From positions 1 to 64,000 of the forward strand of contig NIVC01000870.1 of the NCBI GenBank assembly GCA_002269645.1: 64,000 nt of DNA, read 5' to 3'. Both the position numbers and the translations under genes were made by a program. The notes beneath the pieces were generated by a model that had not been told where the DNA came from, ran no database searches, and worked only from the letters and a program-made list of their open reading frames with translations. The first letter of the stretch is position 1, and every line of letters begins with the position of its first letter. This DNA is from Macrostomum lignano (Eukaryota). This document shows, piece after piece, positions 50,014-63,200 of the stretch.

Positions 50014-51189
50014 ATGTGGGTCATGGAGGCATTTGGCATGGCATCATTGGTATCATCAAAGGCAAGAAGTGAAAAATTATTGGGGGAGGCAAATATCACA
50101 TTATTTACAGGCATTGGCTGTACATGGGAGGTTTTGCAGAGATAGGGTAAACTGTACTGGGGAGGTTGCCGGTATCTTGGCTGGGGGGAATTTCGAAATG
50201 ATGGGGAGGCCAGAGAGTAAGCAAAATTTTGGCCTGAGGGGCGTGGCCTCTTATCTTGACCCTGGCTTCTCAGTTTCTCAACTTCTGGGGGTCATGGGTA
50301 TAATGGAACTTCAGCGGCTCATATCTTGGATTGGAGGGCTGACGCTCAGCATTCCTTCTTGGGGGTTCACGCCTTGGCAGTTGGTTCATCAGCTAAGGCC
50401 TGTACTGCTGCTGAGGTTGCAGCCTGTACTGCTGCTAGGGTGGCTGTCTGTACAGCTGGGGGTTTGGCTGCCTGTACTGCTAAGGGGGTAGCTGTCTGTA
50501 CAGCTGTGGGTTTGGCTGCCTGTACTGCTGAGGGGGTGGCTGCCTGTACTGCTGCTGGGGGAATATTTGAGACGGTGGGGCGCATTGCGCTGTTTCGGCT
50601 AATTGCTTCTGCAGATTCTGGATGAGTCTCTCTTGATGGTCAATCTTAGTTTGCTGGTCAATGATCAATTGATCAGTTTGGACCTTATGCTCCTCTTTCT
50701 CATCCTTTGTCACTCTGATTCCTCCTTTGTGGTACATTTGATAAGCTGCTTCAATTCTGCACAGCATTCTGCGGGCAGCTTGGAGGTTGACAGGTTGAGC
50801 AAAGATTAGTCTGGGGATGTTCTCACACCTTTAATGAACTGCTCAACCAGTTCCTCTTCTCTCTGTTCAGCATCCATATTCAAGAATGCACAGGAGGCTA
50901 ATTCAATCAGGGCATCAGCAAAGCTGTCAATGGACTCATTTCAACATTGGCTTAGGTTTCAGAATCCTTTGCAAAATTCAGCAGAACTTCCTACTTTTCC
51001 AAATCTCTCTATCAGTCTCTCTTTGAACTCTTCATAGGGGAGATTCGTGGGGAGATTCAGACGTTAGACTGCTGCAAACGCTAATCATATAGCGCTAACG
51101 CTAATTTCTAATCATATAACGTTAGGTATCCCATTGGAACAAAATTCGCTTCCTCTGCAACCCTATGTAGGACAAGGATTTGCTACTCT

Positions 51190-51560
51190 TGTAGTGAATG
51201 ACTATCAGGCAGAGTGTCCAGCTCTTCTTGCAGTTGTGGTTGAGTCAGCTAGCTTTTGGCTGCCATCAGGCAGGCATGCACATTCTCCACAGGATTGAGA
51301 AACTACAAGTAAGGAGGCAATGTCACCAGGCGCCAAGCGGGCTGAAATTGATCTGGGATTGTCACTCCATGATGAAAACGGGCTCCATCCATGATCACAC
51401 AGAACTCCTTGCCATCAGGTACATCATGACTCTTCACACTTTGCACCAGATCATTGATGAACTTCTGGAACCTAGATGCCATCATAGTCTTTCCAAGGAT
51501 CATATGATGTAAAAGACAAGCTAAAACAAGTTACGATGACAGTAAAATGTGCATTGAATG
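51190..51560 (-). pseudogene. Tc1/IS630-like DDE transposase C-terminal fragment
   Basis: CVIMDGARFH and LPPYL*FLNPVE (canonical LPPYSPFLNPIE). Confidence 0.8.
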
Positions 51561-52378
51561 CATAGAATGATCAAATTGATGCCCCCAGGATTAAATTGAA
51601 CTCCGCTATGCTAATGAGTGTCAACCATAGAAAAGTTTCAGTCTTGCAAGTCTGATTTTTGTATCTATGATTAAATTGAAAGCTTGCAGTACCAACTAGG
51701 CCACAAAAAGGAATAGGAATAGGCATTATAACTTAGATAAATAATAATTGCATATAAACAAGCAAAACTATTTTTATCTAATATACCTAGATATTCATTT
51801 GTCATAATTCATTTAATAATTCATTATGAATTCATTAGTAATTCATAATTCATTTGACTGGTAGCAATAAAAAGTTTTTTCTATGCATTTGTCAACCAAA
51901 GCTTATAGCTTTCAAGTAAAATTTATTAACTATTATATTTATGTTACTAAAATGATATATATATAGAATTTGGGGGAAATAGCTTTTTTGATAAACAATA
52001 GAAAAGTAATGTTGCCAATGCATTTTGACAATTTTAATCATATTTGGGGCAGTTTATGAAGATGTTTACATAGTCAGTTATTTATATTTGAAAACAACCT
52101 ACAGAAAATTACCGGGCTGTCTTTCTATTTGGGTAGTCTAATTTTCTTTTTATGTATAATCAAAAATGCTCTTAAAATTGTAGTCACTAAATTAGAAACA
52201 AAATTATAATTGTTAGATAAAACTTTAGAGGCCTAAGTCCAAATATATGTGGTGCTAAAGCAAAACCTAAACAATGTTGCTTCATGCAGGCTAACTGGTA
52301 TAAAGAATTCTATTAAAGCTAGCATTTACATTATAGATTAGTTTAAACAATTGAACTCAATCCTCAGCTGTGCCACTC

Positions 52379-53160
52379 ATGTCAGATGAGTACACCAGCT
52401 TTGACTGGGTGGATAGAACCGACTCAGTTGATAACCAGCCTCAACAGCAGCAGCAGCTTCGCAGCCTGGCAACCCCGGGTCTCGAACCTCCATCCCGTGG
52501 TCGACGCTTAGTTGAAGGCATTCAACGGCTATTCCGTCAGCAGCAGACTCTGTCCAATGCCGCATCGACAGACTCATTGGACTCGGGTAGTCAGGAAATG
52601 CAGAAGCAACAACAGCAAAGCTATTTGCACAGACAGAAGTACTGGATGCCTGACGAGAATTGCAATCAATGCTACGAATGCAATCAGAGGTTTGGCCTGT
52701 TCGTACGCAGGCATCACTGCCGAGTCTGTGGCAGGATCTTCTGCGACAAGTGCAGCAGTTACTTGGTAGATGGTCGCTTTATCGGCGCTGCTTCTGGCAG
52801 CATGCAGCGAGCCTGCGCTTTCTGCGCCAAAAATATCAACGGCGATGACGACAATTGGCATCAGCAGCAACAGCAGCAGATGTTGCAGCAATCTCAGACT
52901 CAGCAGCAACAACAGCAGCAGCAGCTGATGTCTTCTAGTCAGATGTCGGGCATATCTGCTTCCGAATCTACTGGCTCTTTGACTAATATTGTCACCGGGT
53001 CAGCGCAGCCTCTTCTATGACCAATATCGGGTCTTCTTCGTCGCCTTCGCTGCTGCCGGGGGCTCAGTCTTCTCTGGCATCCATGGCGTCAGTGAATACC
53101 GCTGGTCTGGTGGCTGCGACCGACACTGGCTCTCTGTTGTATACGGCATTCGATTCTCCA
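52379..53160 (+). CDS. PIKFYVE: PIKfyve exon with FYVE zinc finger
   Basis: [28 protein letters not shown]. Confidence 0.93.
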
Positions 53161-54292
53161 GTTAGTTGTGTACAATAATTCTTTTCCAAACCTATTACTG
53201 ACCCTGTATGATCACCTTTCACCAAACTGAAGAGAATCGCCCTTCACCAAGCTGTGAAGACAACCGCCTTCACCTAACTGTGAAGAGAATCGCCTTCAGC
53301 AACCCAGGAAAGAATCGCCCATCACTAATCTCAGTAAAGAATCACCCTTCACCAACCTCAGTAAAGAATCACCCTTCACCAACCTCAGTAAAGAATCACC
53401 CTTCACCAACCTCAGTAAAGAATCACCCTTCACCAACCTCAGTAAAGAATCACCCTTCACCAACCTCAGTAAAGAATCACCCTTCACCAACCTCAGTAAA
53501 GAATCACCCTTCACCAACCTCGTAAAGAATCGCCCTTCACCAACCTCAGTAAAGAATCACCCTTCACCAACCTCAGTAAAGAATCACCCTTCACCAACCT
53601 CGTAAAGAATCGCCCTTCACCAACCTCAGTAAAGAATTACCCTTCACCAACCTCAGTAAAGAATCGCCTATCACTAACCCCCATCTAATTGCCGTCCCAT
53701 CTTGCCACTCCGCAGGGCTCCCGCCTGCCCCAGCAGCCGCCATCGCTGAAGTTCATCCTGACGGTGTGGAACTCGGTCGTGTCGCCAAGCGACGGCATCA
53801 GCCTACAATGGCGCAAAGACTGCGGATCGTATTTTTTCGGCAAAGACCTGCTAGATTGGCTGCTGGTTGGCGGGCATTGCTACTCGCACGAGAATGCCCT
53901 GAACTGGGCGGCTGTGTTTCTGCAGCATCGATGCTTTGCACCGGCGGTGCCTACTGCGGCGACTTCGACTGCCGGTTCCGCGTCTGCCACTGCCGCTTCT
54001 TTAACGGCTTCGACTTTATCAGACAGCTCTGCATCAACGACTCACGGGTTGTTTGGAGTCGGCGGAATTGAGTTTAGCGACACCATGTTGTATAGGGTGC
54101 TTCGGTGAGCTGAGCTATGTTAATTCCCTGTTATTTTCTCTGTCCTCTGTCTGTTTCGTTTGTACTTTTTCTGTAGAATCTGCTGTCTTTGTCCGTGTAG
54201 TCTGTATTGTCTGTCTGTACAATCTGCATTTTGTGTCTTTAATGTCTTTACAGACTACGTTGTTTGTCTGTCTGTCTGTCTGTCTGTCTGCC

Positions 54293-54331
<39 letters not shown>

Positions 54332-54382
54332 GTGTCTCTGTCTGTCTGCCTGTCTGTCTGTCTGCCTGTCTGTCTGTCTGCC

Positions 54383-54447
<65 letters not shown>

Positions 54448-57400
54448 TTTCCTCTGCTTGTGCTTTATTCTATTTGCCATATTAAATCTGCACTTCTTGT
54501 TCGAGTCAATAGATCATTAATAAAGTACACTGAGTCTACCATCCGCCCTCATCTCTCAGAGGCTACCGTCCAGTGCAGCTGGCCAGCAGCTCCACCCTGC
54601 TCAGTCCATCCTGGCTGAACGACATCGCCGAGCCGTCAACGCCCACCGCCGCTGGCGCCATCAGCGCCGCAGATTCGCCGGAACCTTCGCCCAGGGCGAC
54701 TCCGGCTCCGTTGGAGACAGCACCGGGTGCCGAACCCGCTGGCACCGAGGATGAGGCGCCTGCCGAGCAGCAGCAAGTGCTGGACGAATCCGATTCAGTG
54801 CCCGACGATGGCGGCAAAATCAGAACGGAATCTGCCGTCTCGGACGATGGCGCTGCCAGTCAGCTTGTTGATCAGCGACCGCCTGAGGCGCAAACTGAAG
54901 CTCTGAGACAGGCGTACGATGATCACCTCAGAGATCTGGTGCGGCAGGAGGCCAGTAAGCTGCAGGTGAGTCTGGGCACTTCTCTGTCAGTGCCCTCCCA
55001 GATCCTCAGTTGCTGGCCACCAGCCTCCCAGATCCTCAGTTGCTGGCCACCAGCCTCCCAGATCCTCAGTTGCTGGCCACCAGCCTCCCAGATCCTCAGT
55101 TGCTGGCCACCAGCCTCCCAGATCCTCAGTTGCTGGCCACCAGCCTCCCAGATCCTCAGTTGCTGGCCACCAGCCTCCCAGATCCTCAGTTGCTGGCCAC
55201 CAGCCTCCCAGATCCTCAGTTGCTGGCCACCAGCCTCCCAGATCCTCAGTTGCTGGCCACCAGCCTCCCAGATCCTCAGTTGCTGGCCACCAGCCTCCCA
55301 GATCCTCAGTTGCTCGGCCACCAGCCTCCCAGATCCTCAGTTGCTAGGCCAGCTTCCCAGATATTCAATCCTCTGTTTTAAGGTGATTGTTAAAATGTTA
55401 TAAACAAACTTTATCCATAAAAATTATCTCAGGTGTCCCTCAGCTGGTCTGATGTCATCTGCGACTTAGCGAACCGGGTGGCCCAGCAACTGCCTCGCAA
55501 CCAAAATCCGCTCGACAGTCTGCGAGTGAAGCTGGCCAGCAGCGGCCGCAAGACGGACAGTTTCGCATTCGCCGGGCTGGTGTTCGCTAAGAATGTGCTG
55601 AGGAAAGGCATGCCAACGGAGCGGGGGCCTGGGGCCGCGGTGTTGCTGCTGGCGTGCTCGTTGGAGTTTGAACGCAACGAGAATAAGTTGACCTGCTTGG
55701 AACCGCAGATGATGCAGGTAACAATCTCTCAATTGTTATAAATGTATCTTTAAATTTAAAGCTACTATAGGATGAGTGTTATAATATCTGGAATTTAATG
55801 GGATTTCTATTTCCATAATGATGGGATTTCTATTTTCTAGAAATATCTTCCTCTGTAAAGTCTAATTCTGTGGTCATTCTAGAGAATATTATACTTAGAC
55901 ATGACCATTTTCCCAAAAGAAATATCGACTCAGATGAGATCTCTGTAAGCTTTCTTAGAAATATCGACTCAGATGGGATCTCTGTAAGCTTTCTTAGAAA
56001 TATCTACTCAGATAAGATCTCTGTAAGCTTTCTTAAAAATATCGACTCAGATGGGATCTCTGTAAGCTTTCTTAGAAATATCCACTCGGATGGGGTCTCT
56101 GTAAGCTTTCTAAGAAATATCCACTCGGATAGGATCTCTATAAGCTTTCTTAGAAATATCCACTCGGATAGGATCTCTGTAAGCTTTCTTAGAAATATCC
56201 ACTCGGATAGGATCTCTGTAAGCTTTCTTAGAAATATCCACTCGGAAAGGATCTTTATAAGCTTTATTAGAAATATCCACTCGGATAGGATCTCTGTAAG
56301 CTTTCTTAGAAATATCCACTCAGATAGGATCTCTGTAAGCTTTCTTAGAAATATCCACTCGGATGGGGTCTCTGTAAGCTTTCTAAGAAATATCCACTCG
56401 GATAGGATCTCTATAAGCTTTCTTAGAAATATCCACTCGGATAGGATCTCTGTAAGCTTTCTTAGAAATATCCACTCGGATAGGATCTCTGTAAGCTTTC
56501 TTAGAAATATCCACTCGGATAGGATCTCTATAAGCTTTCTTAGAAATATCCACTCGGATAAGATCTCTGTAAGCTTTCTTAGAAATATCCACTCGGATGG
56601 GATCTCTGTAAGCTTTCTTAGAAATATCCACTCAGATGGGATCTCTGTAAGCTTTCTAAGAAATATCCACTCAGATGGGATCTCTGTAAGCTTTCTTAGA
56701 AATTTCCACTTAGGTGGGATCTCTGTAAGCTTTCTAAGAAATATCTACCAAGATAGGACCTCTGTAAGCTTTACAATAAATGTCCACCCAGATGGGATCT
56801 CTAACATTTCTAAGAAATGTTCGCCTAGATCTCTGATATTTGCAATATTGATGCAATCATTCACTAGTAAGATCCCCACCCCGGTCACCGCAGGAGACGC
56901 AATACCTGCGCCGTTGCGTAGATCGCATCGCAGAATTCAAGCCCCAAATAGTAATGATTGAGCGCAGCGTGGCTCTCACAGCTCAGGAGTTCCTGTCCGA
57001 TTTAGGCGTCAGTCTATTTGCGAATGTTAAACCATCGGTGATGCATCGAGTTGGTCAGCTGTGCGGCGCTAAGATACTGGACTCAGTTGATCGTCTGACG
57101 GACCGATCTCAACTGGGCTGCTGCGGCTCAATGTCTGTCAAGATGTTGAGCATGGGCCAGGGATTGTTGAGCAGACCGTGCGTGTTTCTGAGCTCCATTG
57201 GTCCGTCAGCTTATCAATCTGTAGTGCTTTACGGTAGGCGCCTGGCTCAGCTCAAGAGAGTCAAAGCTGCCGTTATAACCGCTGTGTACTGCAGATACGC
57301 TGTGCGTATGGAATTGGCTTACGCATTGGATTGTAAATTAAGACCGCCACAGGGTATGCTCATGATGCTGCTAGATGAGGACGAGGAGCGAGTCAATGAG

Positions 57401-60003
57401 GAGCAAGAAAAGGATCAGCTTCCTGAGGATAATTCACAGCGCGAGTGAGTTTTGCTTTGTGATTTTTGAAATACCTTCATTGTAATTTCACCTGAAGGTT
57501 CAGGATACCAGGTAGTGGCTTTACCTGAAGGTTCAGGATATCAGGTAGTGGCTTTACCTGAAGGTTCAGGATATCAGGTAGTGGCTTTTCCTGAAGGTTC
57601 AGGATATCAGGTATAGAGGCGATTCCTGAAGGTTCAGAATATCAGGTAGTGGCTCTACCTGAAGGTTCAGGATATCAGGTATAGAGGCGATTCCTGAAGG
57701 TTTAGAATATCAGGTAGTGGCTTTACCTGAAGGTTCAGGATATCAGGTATAGAGGCGATTCCTGAAGGTTCAGAATATCAGGTAGTGGCTTTACCTGAAG
57801 GTTCAGGATATCAGGTATAGAGGCGATTCCTGAAGCTTCAGGATATCAGGTAGTGGCTTTACCTGAAGGTTCAGGATATCAGGTAGTGGCTTTTCCTGAA
57901 GGTTCAGGATATCAGGTATAGAGGCGATTCCTGAAGGTTCAGAATATCAGGTAGTGGCTTTACCTGAAGGTTCAGGATATCAGGTATCGAGGCGATTCCT
58001 GAAGGTTCAGAATATCAGGTAGTGGCTTTACCTGAAGGTTCAGGATATCAGGTATAGAGGCGATTCCTGAAGGTTCAGAATATCAGGTAGTGGCTTTACC
58101 TGAAGGTTCAGGATATCAGGTATAGAGGCGATTCCTGAAGCTTCAGGATATCAGGTAGAGGCGATTTTTGCTAACTAAATTTTCTATTGAAAACAAATTT
58201 GCCAGTTCTTCAGTCAATCAATCCGTCGTAACCATGGCAACGGATGCAGACGTTTCCACAGTATCCGGTCCAGAGGATGACGCCAGGCAGTCTGAATCCG
58301 TTCGGCTTCGTGCACCGGCTGCCGATTCTCAAGCATCCGCGAGGTCGTCCGCCATCCTCCGGCATCACTCTGTCCCCGTGATGGACTCGTCGGATCCTCT
58401 GCAGCAGCAGCCTGCGGACGAGCTCTACGAAGCTGTTGTGTCTCTGCTCGACGGGGAGTGAGTGAAAATTCAGCTTGGGACTTTCTATCAAGCACTGAGA
58501 TGCCTAGGTTCGATTCCATTGGTTTCAAATGAAGTGGCACCCCCTCTCAAATGAAATGGCGCCCCTCTCAAGTGAAGTGGTGCCCCTTTCAAATGAAGTA
58601 GTGCCCCTTTCAAATGAAACAGCGCCCCCTTCAGAAAAAATGGCGCCCTTCTCAAATGAAATGGCGCCCCTCTCAAATGAAGTGGCGCCCCTCTCAAATG
58701 AAATGGCGCCCCTCTCAAATGAAATGGCGCCCCTATCAAATGAAGTAGTGCCCCTTTCAAATGAAATGGCGCCCCTCTCAAATGAAGTGGCGCTCCTCTC
58801 AAGTGAAATGGCGCCCTCTTCAGAAAATATGGCGCCCTTCTCAAATGAAGTGGCGCCCCTCTCAAATGAAGTGGTGCCCCTTTCAAATAAAACAGCGCCC
58901 CCTTCAGAAAAAATGGCGCCTTTCTCAAATGAACTAACGCCCCTCAAATAAAGTGGCGCCCTCTCAAAAAAGGCGTTCCTCTCAAATGAAATGGTGCCCC
59001 TTGAGAAAAATGGCGCCTTTCTCAAATGAAATGGCGCCCCTCTCGAATGAAACAGCCCCCTGCTTCTCCAATCCCTCTGCACCATCTACTTACGTAAGTA
59101 GTATCATAAGCTAATTCCTGTCTCTGTCTGCATGGCTGCACCAACTCCCAACTGCAGAGACGCCAGCACCGCCACAGAGGCAGCGACCGCAGCCGCCAAA
59201 GAATCCGCAGCGGCCGTTCGATCCTCCGCCGCCGTCTCCACCGACGATTTCCGTCGCCAACTGGCCGCCAGCATTCTGTCGCCGTCTCCGTTTGTCCGCC
59301 TGGCCGAGCCGCACCTGGAGACCCCGGCTGGTCGATCCGGTTGCCTAGCAACCCATCTGCGTCGTCGCCTATCCCCGCCGGAAGACTCCTCGGCTCTGGG
59401 CAGATTTGTCGTAGCCGAATCTGAGCGCTACGCCTCGCTGATGTCAGCTCGGATGCGCGACTGTCCGCCGCGCCTGGCTCTGCACTCGTTTCAGTCTCAA
59501 CCGATCCGGACCGCCTTCCAGTCCATGGAGTTTCGCGATTCGCTGGCCGACTACCGGCGCTCGGATTTGACTTTGATCAGCTGCGGCAGCAGCAGCAGCG
59601 GAAATAATAATAAGGATAGCCAGCAGCAGCAGCAGCAGCAGAAGTCACAGGTGCAGCCGCCCATTGACATGTTTAATTTGCTGCTGCACCAGCGACTCGG
59701 CTTCTTGTTGTGCGCCTATGCGCCTGGGGCGCCGAACTTTCCCAGGCCTTGCCGAGACCCGCAGCTGCGGACGGTGAGCTAGGCTCTAGGAAATGGGAAT
59801 GTCTGTCTGTCTGTCTGTCTGCTTGTCTGTCTGTCTGCCTGTCTGTCCGTCTGTATGTCTGTCTGTCTGTCTGTCTGGCTGTCTGTCTGTCTGTCTGCCT
59901 GTCTGTCTGTCTGTATGTATGTCTGTCTGTCTGTCTGGCTGTCTGTCTGTCTGTCTGTCTGCTTGTCTGTCTGTCTGCCTGTCTGTCTGTCTGTTTATCT
60001 GGC

Positions 60004-60036
<33 letters not shown>

Positions 60037-60165
60037 GCTTGTCTGTCTGTCTGCCTGTCTGTCTGGCTGTCTGTCTGTCTGTTTATCTGGCTGTCTGTCT
60101 GTCTGTATGCCTGTCTGATTGTCTGTCTGTCTGTATGTATGTATGTCTGTCTGTCTGTCTGTCTC

Positions 60166-60206
<41 letters not shown>

Positions 60207-63200
60207 ATGCCTGTCTGATTGTCTGTCTGTCTGTATGTATGTATGTCTGTCTGTCTCTCTGTCTGTCTGTGTGTCTGTGTGTCTGTCTGTCTGTCTGTAT
60301 CCTGTCTGATTGTCTGTCTGTATGTCTGACTGTCTGTCTGTCTGTATGTCTGTCTGTCTGTCTGCTTGTCTGTCTGTATGTCTATATGTCTGTCTGATTG
60401 TCTGTCTGTGTCTGTATGTCTGTCTGTGTCTATCTGTTGTCTGGTCCTATGGTCCTAGTCTGTATATCTGCCTGTTTTGTCAATGTATCTATCTTATGGG
60501 TAAATGATTGAACATCACACAATATCCCGCTTAATCAATCAGGTTGACATGTACGGCAGAGGCGACGTGAGATTATTGGACTTTCTGGAAGTTTTCTGCT
60601 TCCAATCGGATCGAATGTAAGCTATCACACCCATTTACGGCACTCCTACCGTCACTCTCTTCTTTCACTCTATCAGTCACTCAGTCACTCCGCTTTGTCA
60701 ATACAAAACTGTCGCTTTACCTAATGTCACTCCTACTATCACTCTCACTGTCTCCCACTATTACTCTCACTGTCACTCCTATCACTCTGTCACTCATACT
60801 ATCACTCACTGTCACTCCTACTATCACACTCACTGTCACTCCTACTATCACTCCCACTATCACTCCTACTGTCACTCCGCCTGTCAATCGCCAGATGCAA
60901 TGAGGTGTCGCACGTGCGCAGCCCGGACCGTCAGGCCGGTCACCTGCTGTGCCACCTGCCCCTAGCAGAGCACACCCGCCGATTCGTAGCCGAATCTGGC
61001 TACGTCACACTTGTGATTCGGCCTAGCAAAGCTGCTACTGACGGCCTGCCCTCGTTGGATCAGAATACAATCTTTGTTCGGTCTTGGTGCAAACGATGTC
61101 GACCGCAACAACAACATCAGCAGCAGCAGCAGACATCGCAGACCGCAACCCAGCTGACTCCACTCTCAGAAGATGCCAAAGCGTTGAGTTTCGCTCAATT
61201 TCTCAGATTGCACTTTAGCGAGCATCGGCTGTCGACTTCCGCTTGTCGGCATTCTATGCACGCCGAGCATGTTCAATATTTTTACAAGGCCGGTCTAGTG
61301 GCCTGTTTCGAGTACACTCCTGTCTGTTTGAGATCGATTGTGATGCCTACTACTGCTATTGTTGTGCCGCTGGACATTACTAGGCAATTGTTGGAGTCTC
61401 AGGTGAGTTTCAACCCTTTTGTAAGTCTTTTCTTAATCTTGAAATGTTACATTACATCTAAGAGTGTTCTAACTGGTTGAGTTCTTACGAGTTCATTGCT
61501 ATATCTTCACAGATATTTCATTATCTCATCTATTCTCACCCCATTCTCAGCTTCTCTTAATCAATTATCACCCCATTCTCAGCCTCTGGTCATCTATTCT
61601 CAGCCCATTCCGAGCCCCTCGTTATCTATTCTCAGCCCTTTCCCAGTCTCTCGTCATCTATTCTCACCCCATTCTTAGCCTCTCGTCATCTATTCTCACG
61701 CCATTCCCAGCCTCTCGTCATCTATTCTCACGCCATTCCCAGCCTCTCGTCATCTATTCTCACGCCATTCCCAGCCTCTCGTCATCTATTCTCACGCCAT
61801 TCCCAGCCTCTTGTCATCTATTCTCACCCAATTTCCAGCCTCTCGTCATCTATTCTCACCCCATTCTCAGCCTCTCGTCATCTATTCTCAGCCCACTCCC
61901 AGCCTCTCGTCATCTATTCTCATCCCACTCCCAGCCTCTCGTCATCTATTCTCAGCCCACTCCCAGCCTCGCGTCATCTATTCTCAGCCCACTCCCAGCC
62001 TCTCGTCATCTATTCTCAGCCCATTCCCAGCCTCTCGTCATCTATTCTCACCCCATTCTCAACCTCTCTTCATCTGTTTTCATCCTTTTCTCAACCTTTT
62101 CTCGTCTATTCTCATCTTTTCTTACCTCACTTTGCCGCTCATTATTTATTCTCACCCTATTCCCTGCCTCTCCTCATCTATTCTCATCCTATTTTCAGCC
62201 TCTCCTCATCTATTCACACCCTATTCTCAGCCTCTCGTTTATCACCCTCTCGCCATCCATTTTCTCCATCTAATCTAATCTAGCCCATCCATAGCATCTG
62301 TGCTCAGCTTCCTGATCTTCTAACCATGATTGTTAACACAATTATTAAGTGTCACTTTCATTTAGTATCTAAAAAGTCAGTCAAAACATATCCGTATTCA
62401 ACCCAATCTCATCTCATCCATCTCAGGTGAGCCGCCTCACCACAAGCGGCTACCGCCTGCTAGCGGACATCCAATCAATCTACGTGACTCGCGCCTATGC
62501 TCAGAAGGACACAGTTAGCCGCCTGAACTCCATTCACTCCGGGTGCAACGCCGAGCTCAGAGCATTCTTCGATGTTGACAGGCTGACCGCCGGACCAGAA
62601 GCTGCTGCGGTGGCCTTCGCTCGCAAGGCTGTGCTGTTCAAACAGTGGCTGACAGCCCTGATCGATCGGTGGCAAGGCCTGCTGCAGGAGGCTCTCATGT
62701 TTGAGTCCTCTGCAACTGGGCCTGCTCAACCAGCTGCTGCTCAGGCTCCGGCTGCTGCACCTTCTGCATCTGCTGGGACAGCATCAACAGCCGCCTCGGC
62801 GACTGCGGCGCCAGATCCTGCTGCTGCACCCGCGCCAGAGTCTGGCGTGTCGCCGCCAGCGCAGTCTGCTGGCGCTGAATCACTGGAGCAACAGCAGCAG
62901 CAGCAGCAGCCGCAGATGCAGCGCAAATCAAGTAGAAGTGTTCTGGCTAAACGGCCGGCTTCTTCTCATGTGCCTGCTGTTCAGGTTAGCTGGCTGTTTG
63001 TTTGTCTGTTAGGGATTTGGGAGCTCTTTTAGCCTTATCTGAATGAGTTTCGACAATAATTATGGCCCAGAAACTGGGGATCTGGGAGGTTGGTGGCCCA
63101 GCAACTGGGGATCTGGGAGGCTGGTGGCCCAGCAACTGGGGATCTGGGAGGCTGGTGGCCCAGCAACTGGGGATCTGGGAGCCTGGCCCAGCAACTGAGG

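Larger units (their letters stand above)
47090..51070 (-). mobile_element. Ty3/Gypsy LTR retrotransposon relic: gag-PR-RT-RNaseH; integrase and LTRs not found
   Basis: gag (YEEFKERLIERFG...EQFIKGV, ~51060-50480), protease, RT and RNase H in Gypsy order; many stops and frameshifts. Confidence 0.9.

Noticed and set aside
51148-51167. Possible tRNA-iMet primer-binding site (gggttgcagagga) after a CA
   Set aside because: No LTR beyond it, and it reads in frame as LHRVAEEA in the Tc1 transposase tail; likely coincidence.
55870-56961. 363-aa ORF
   Set aside because: Translation of a stop-free 39-bp minisatellite inside PIKfyve intron 4; the flanking exons splice in phase around it.
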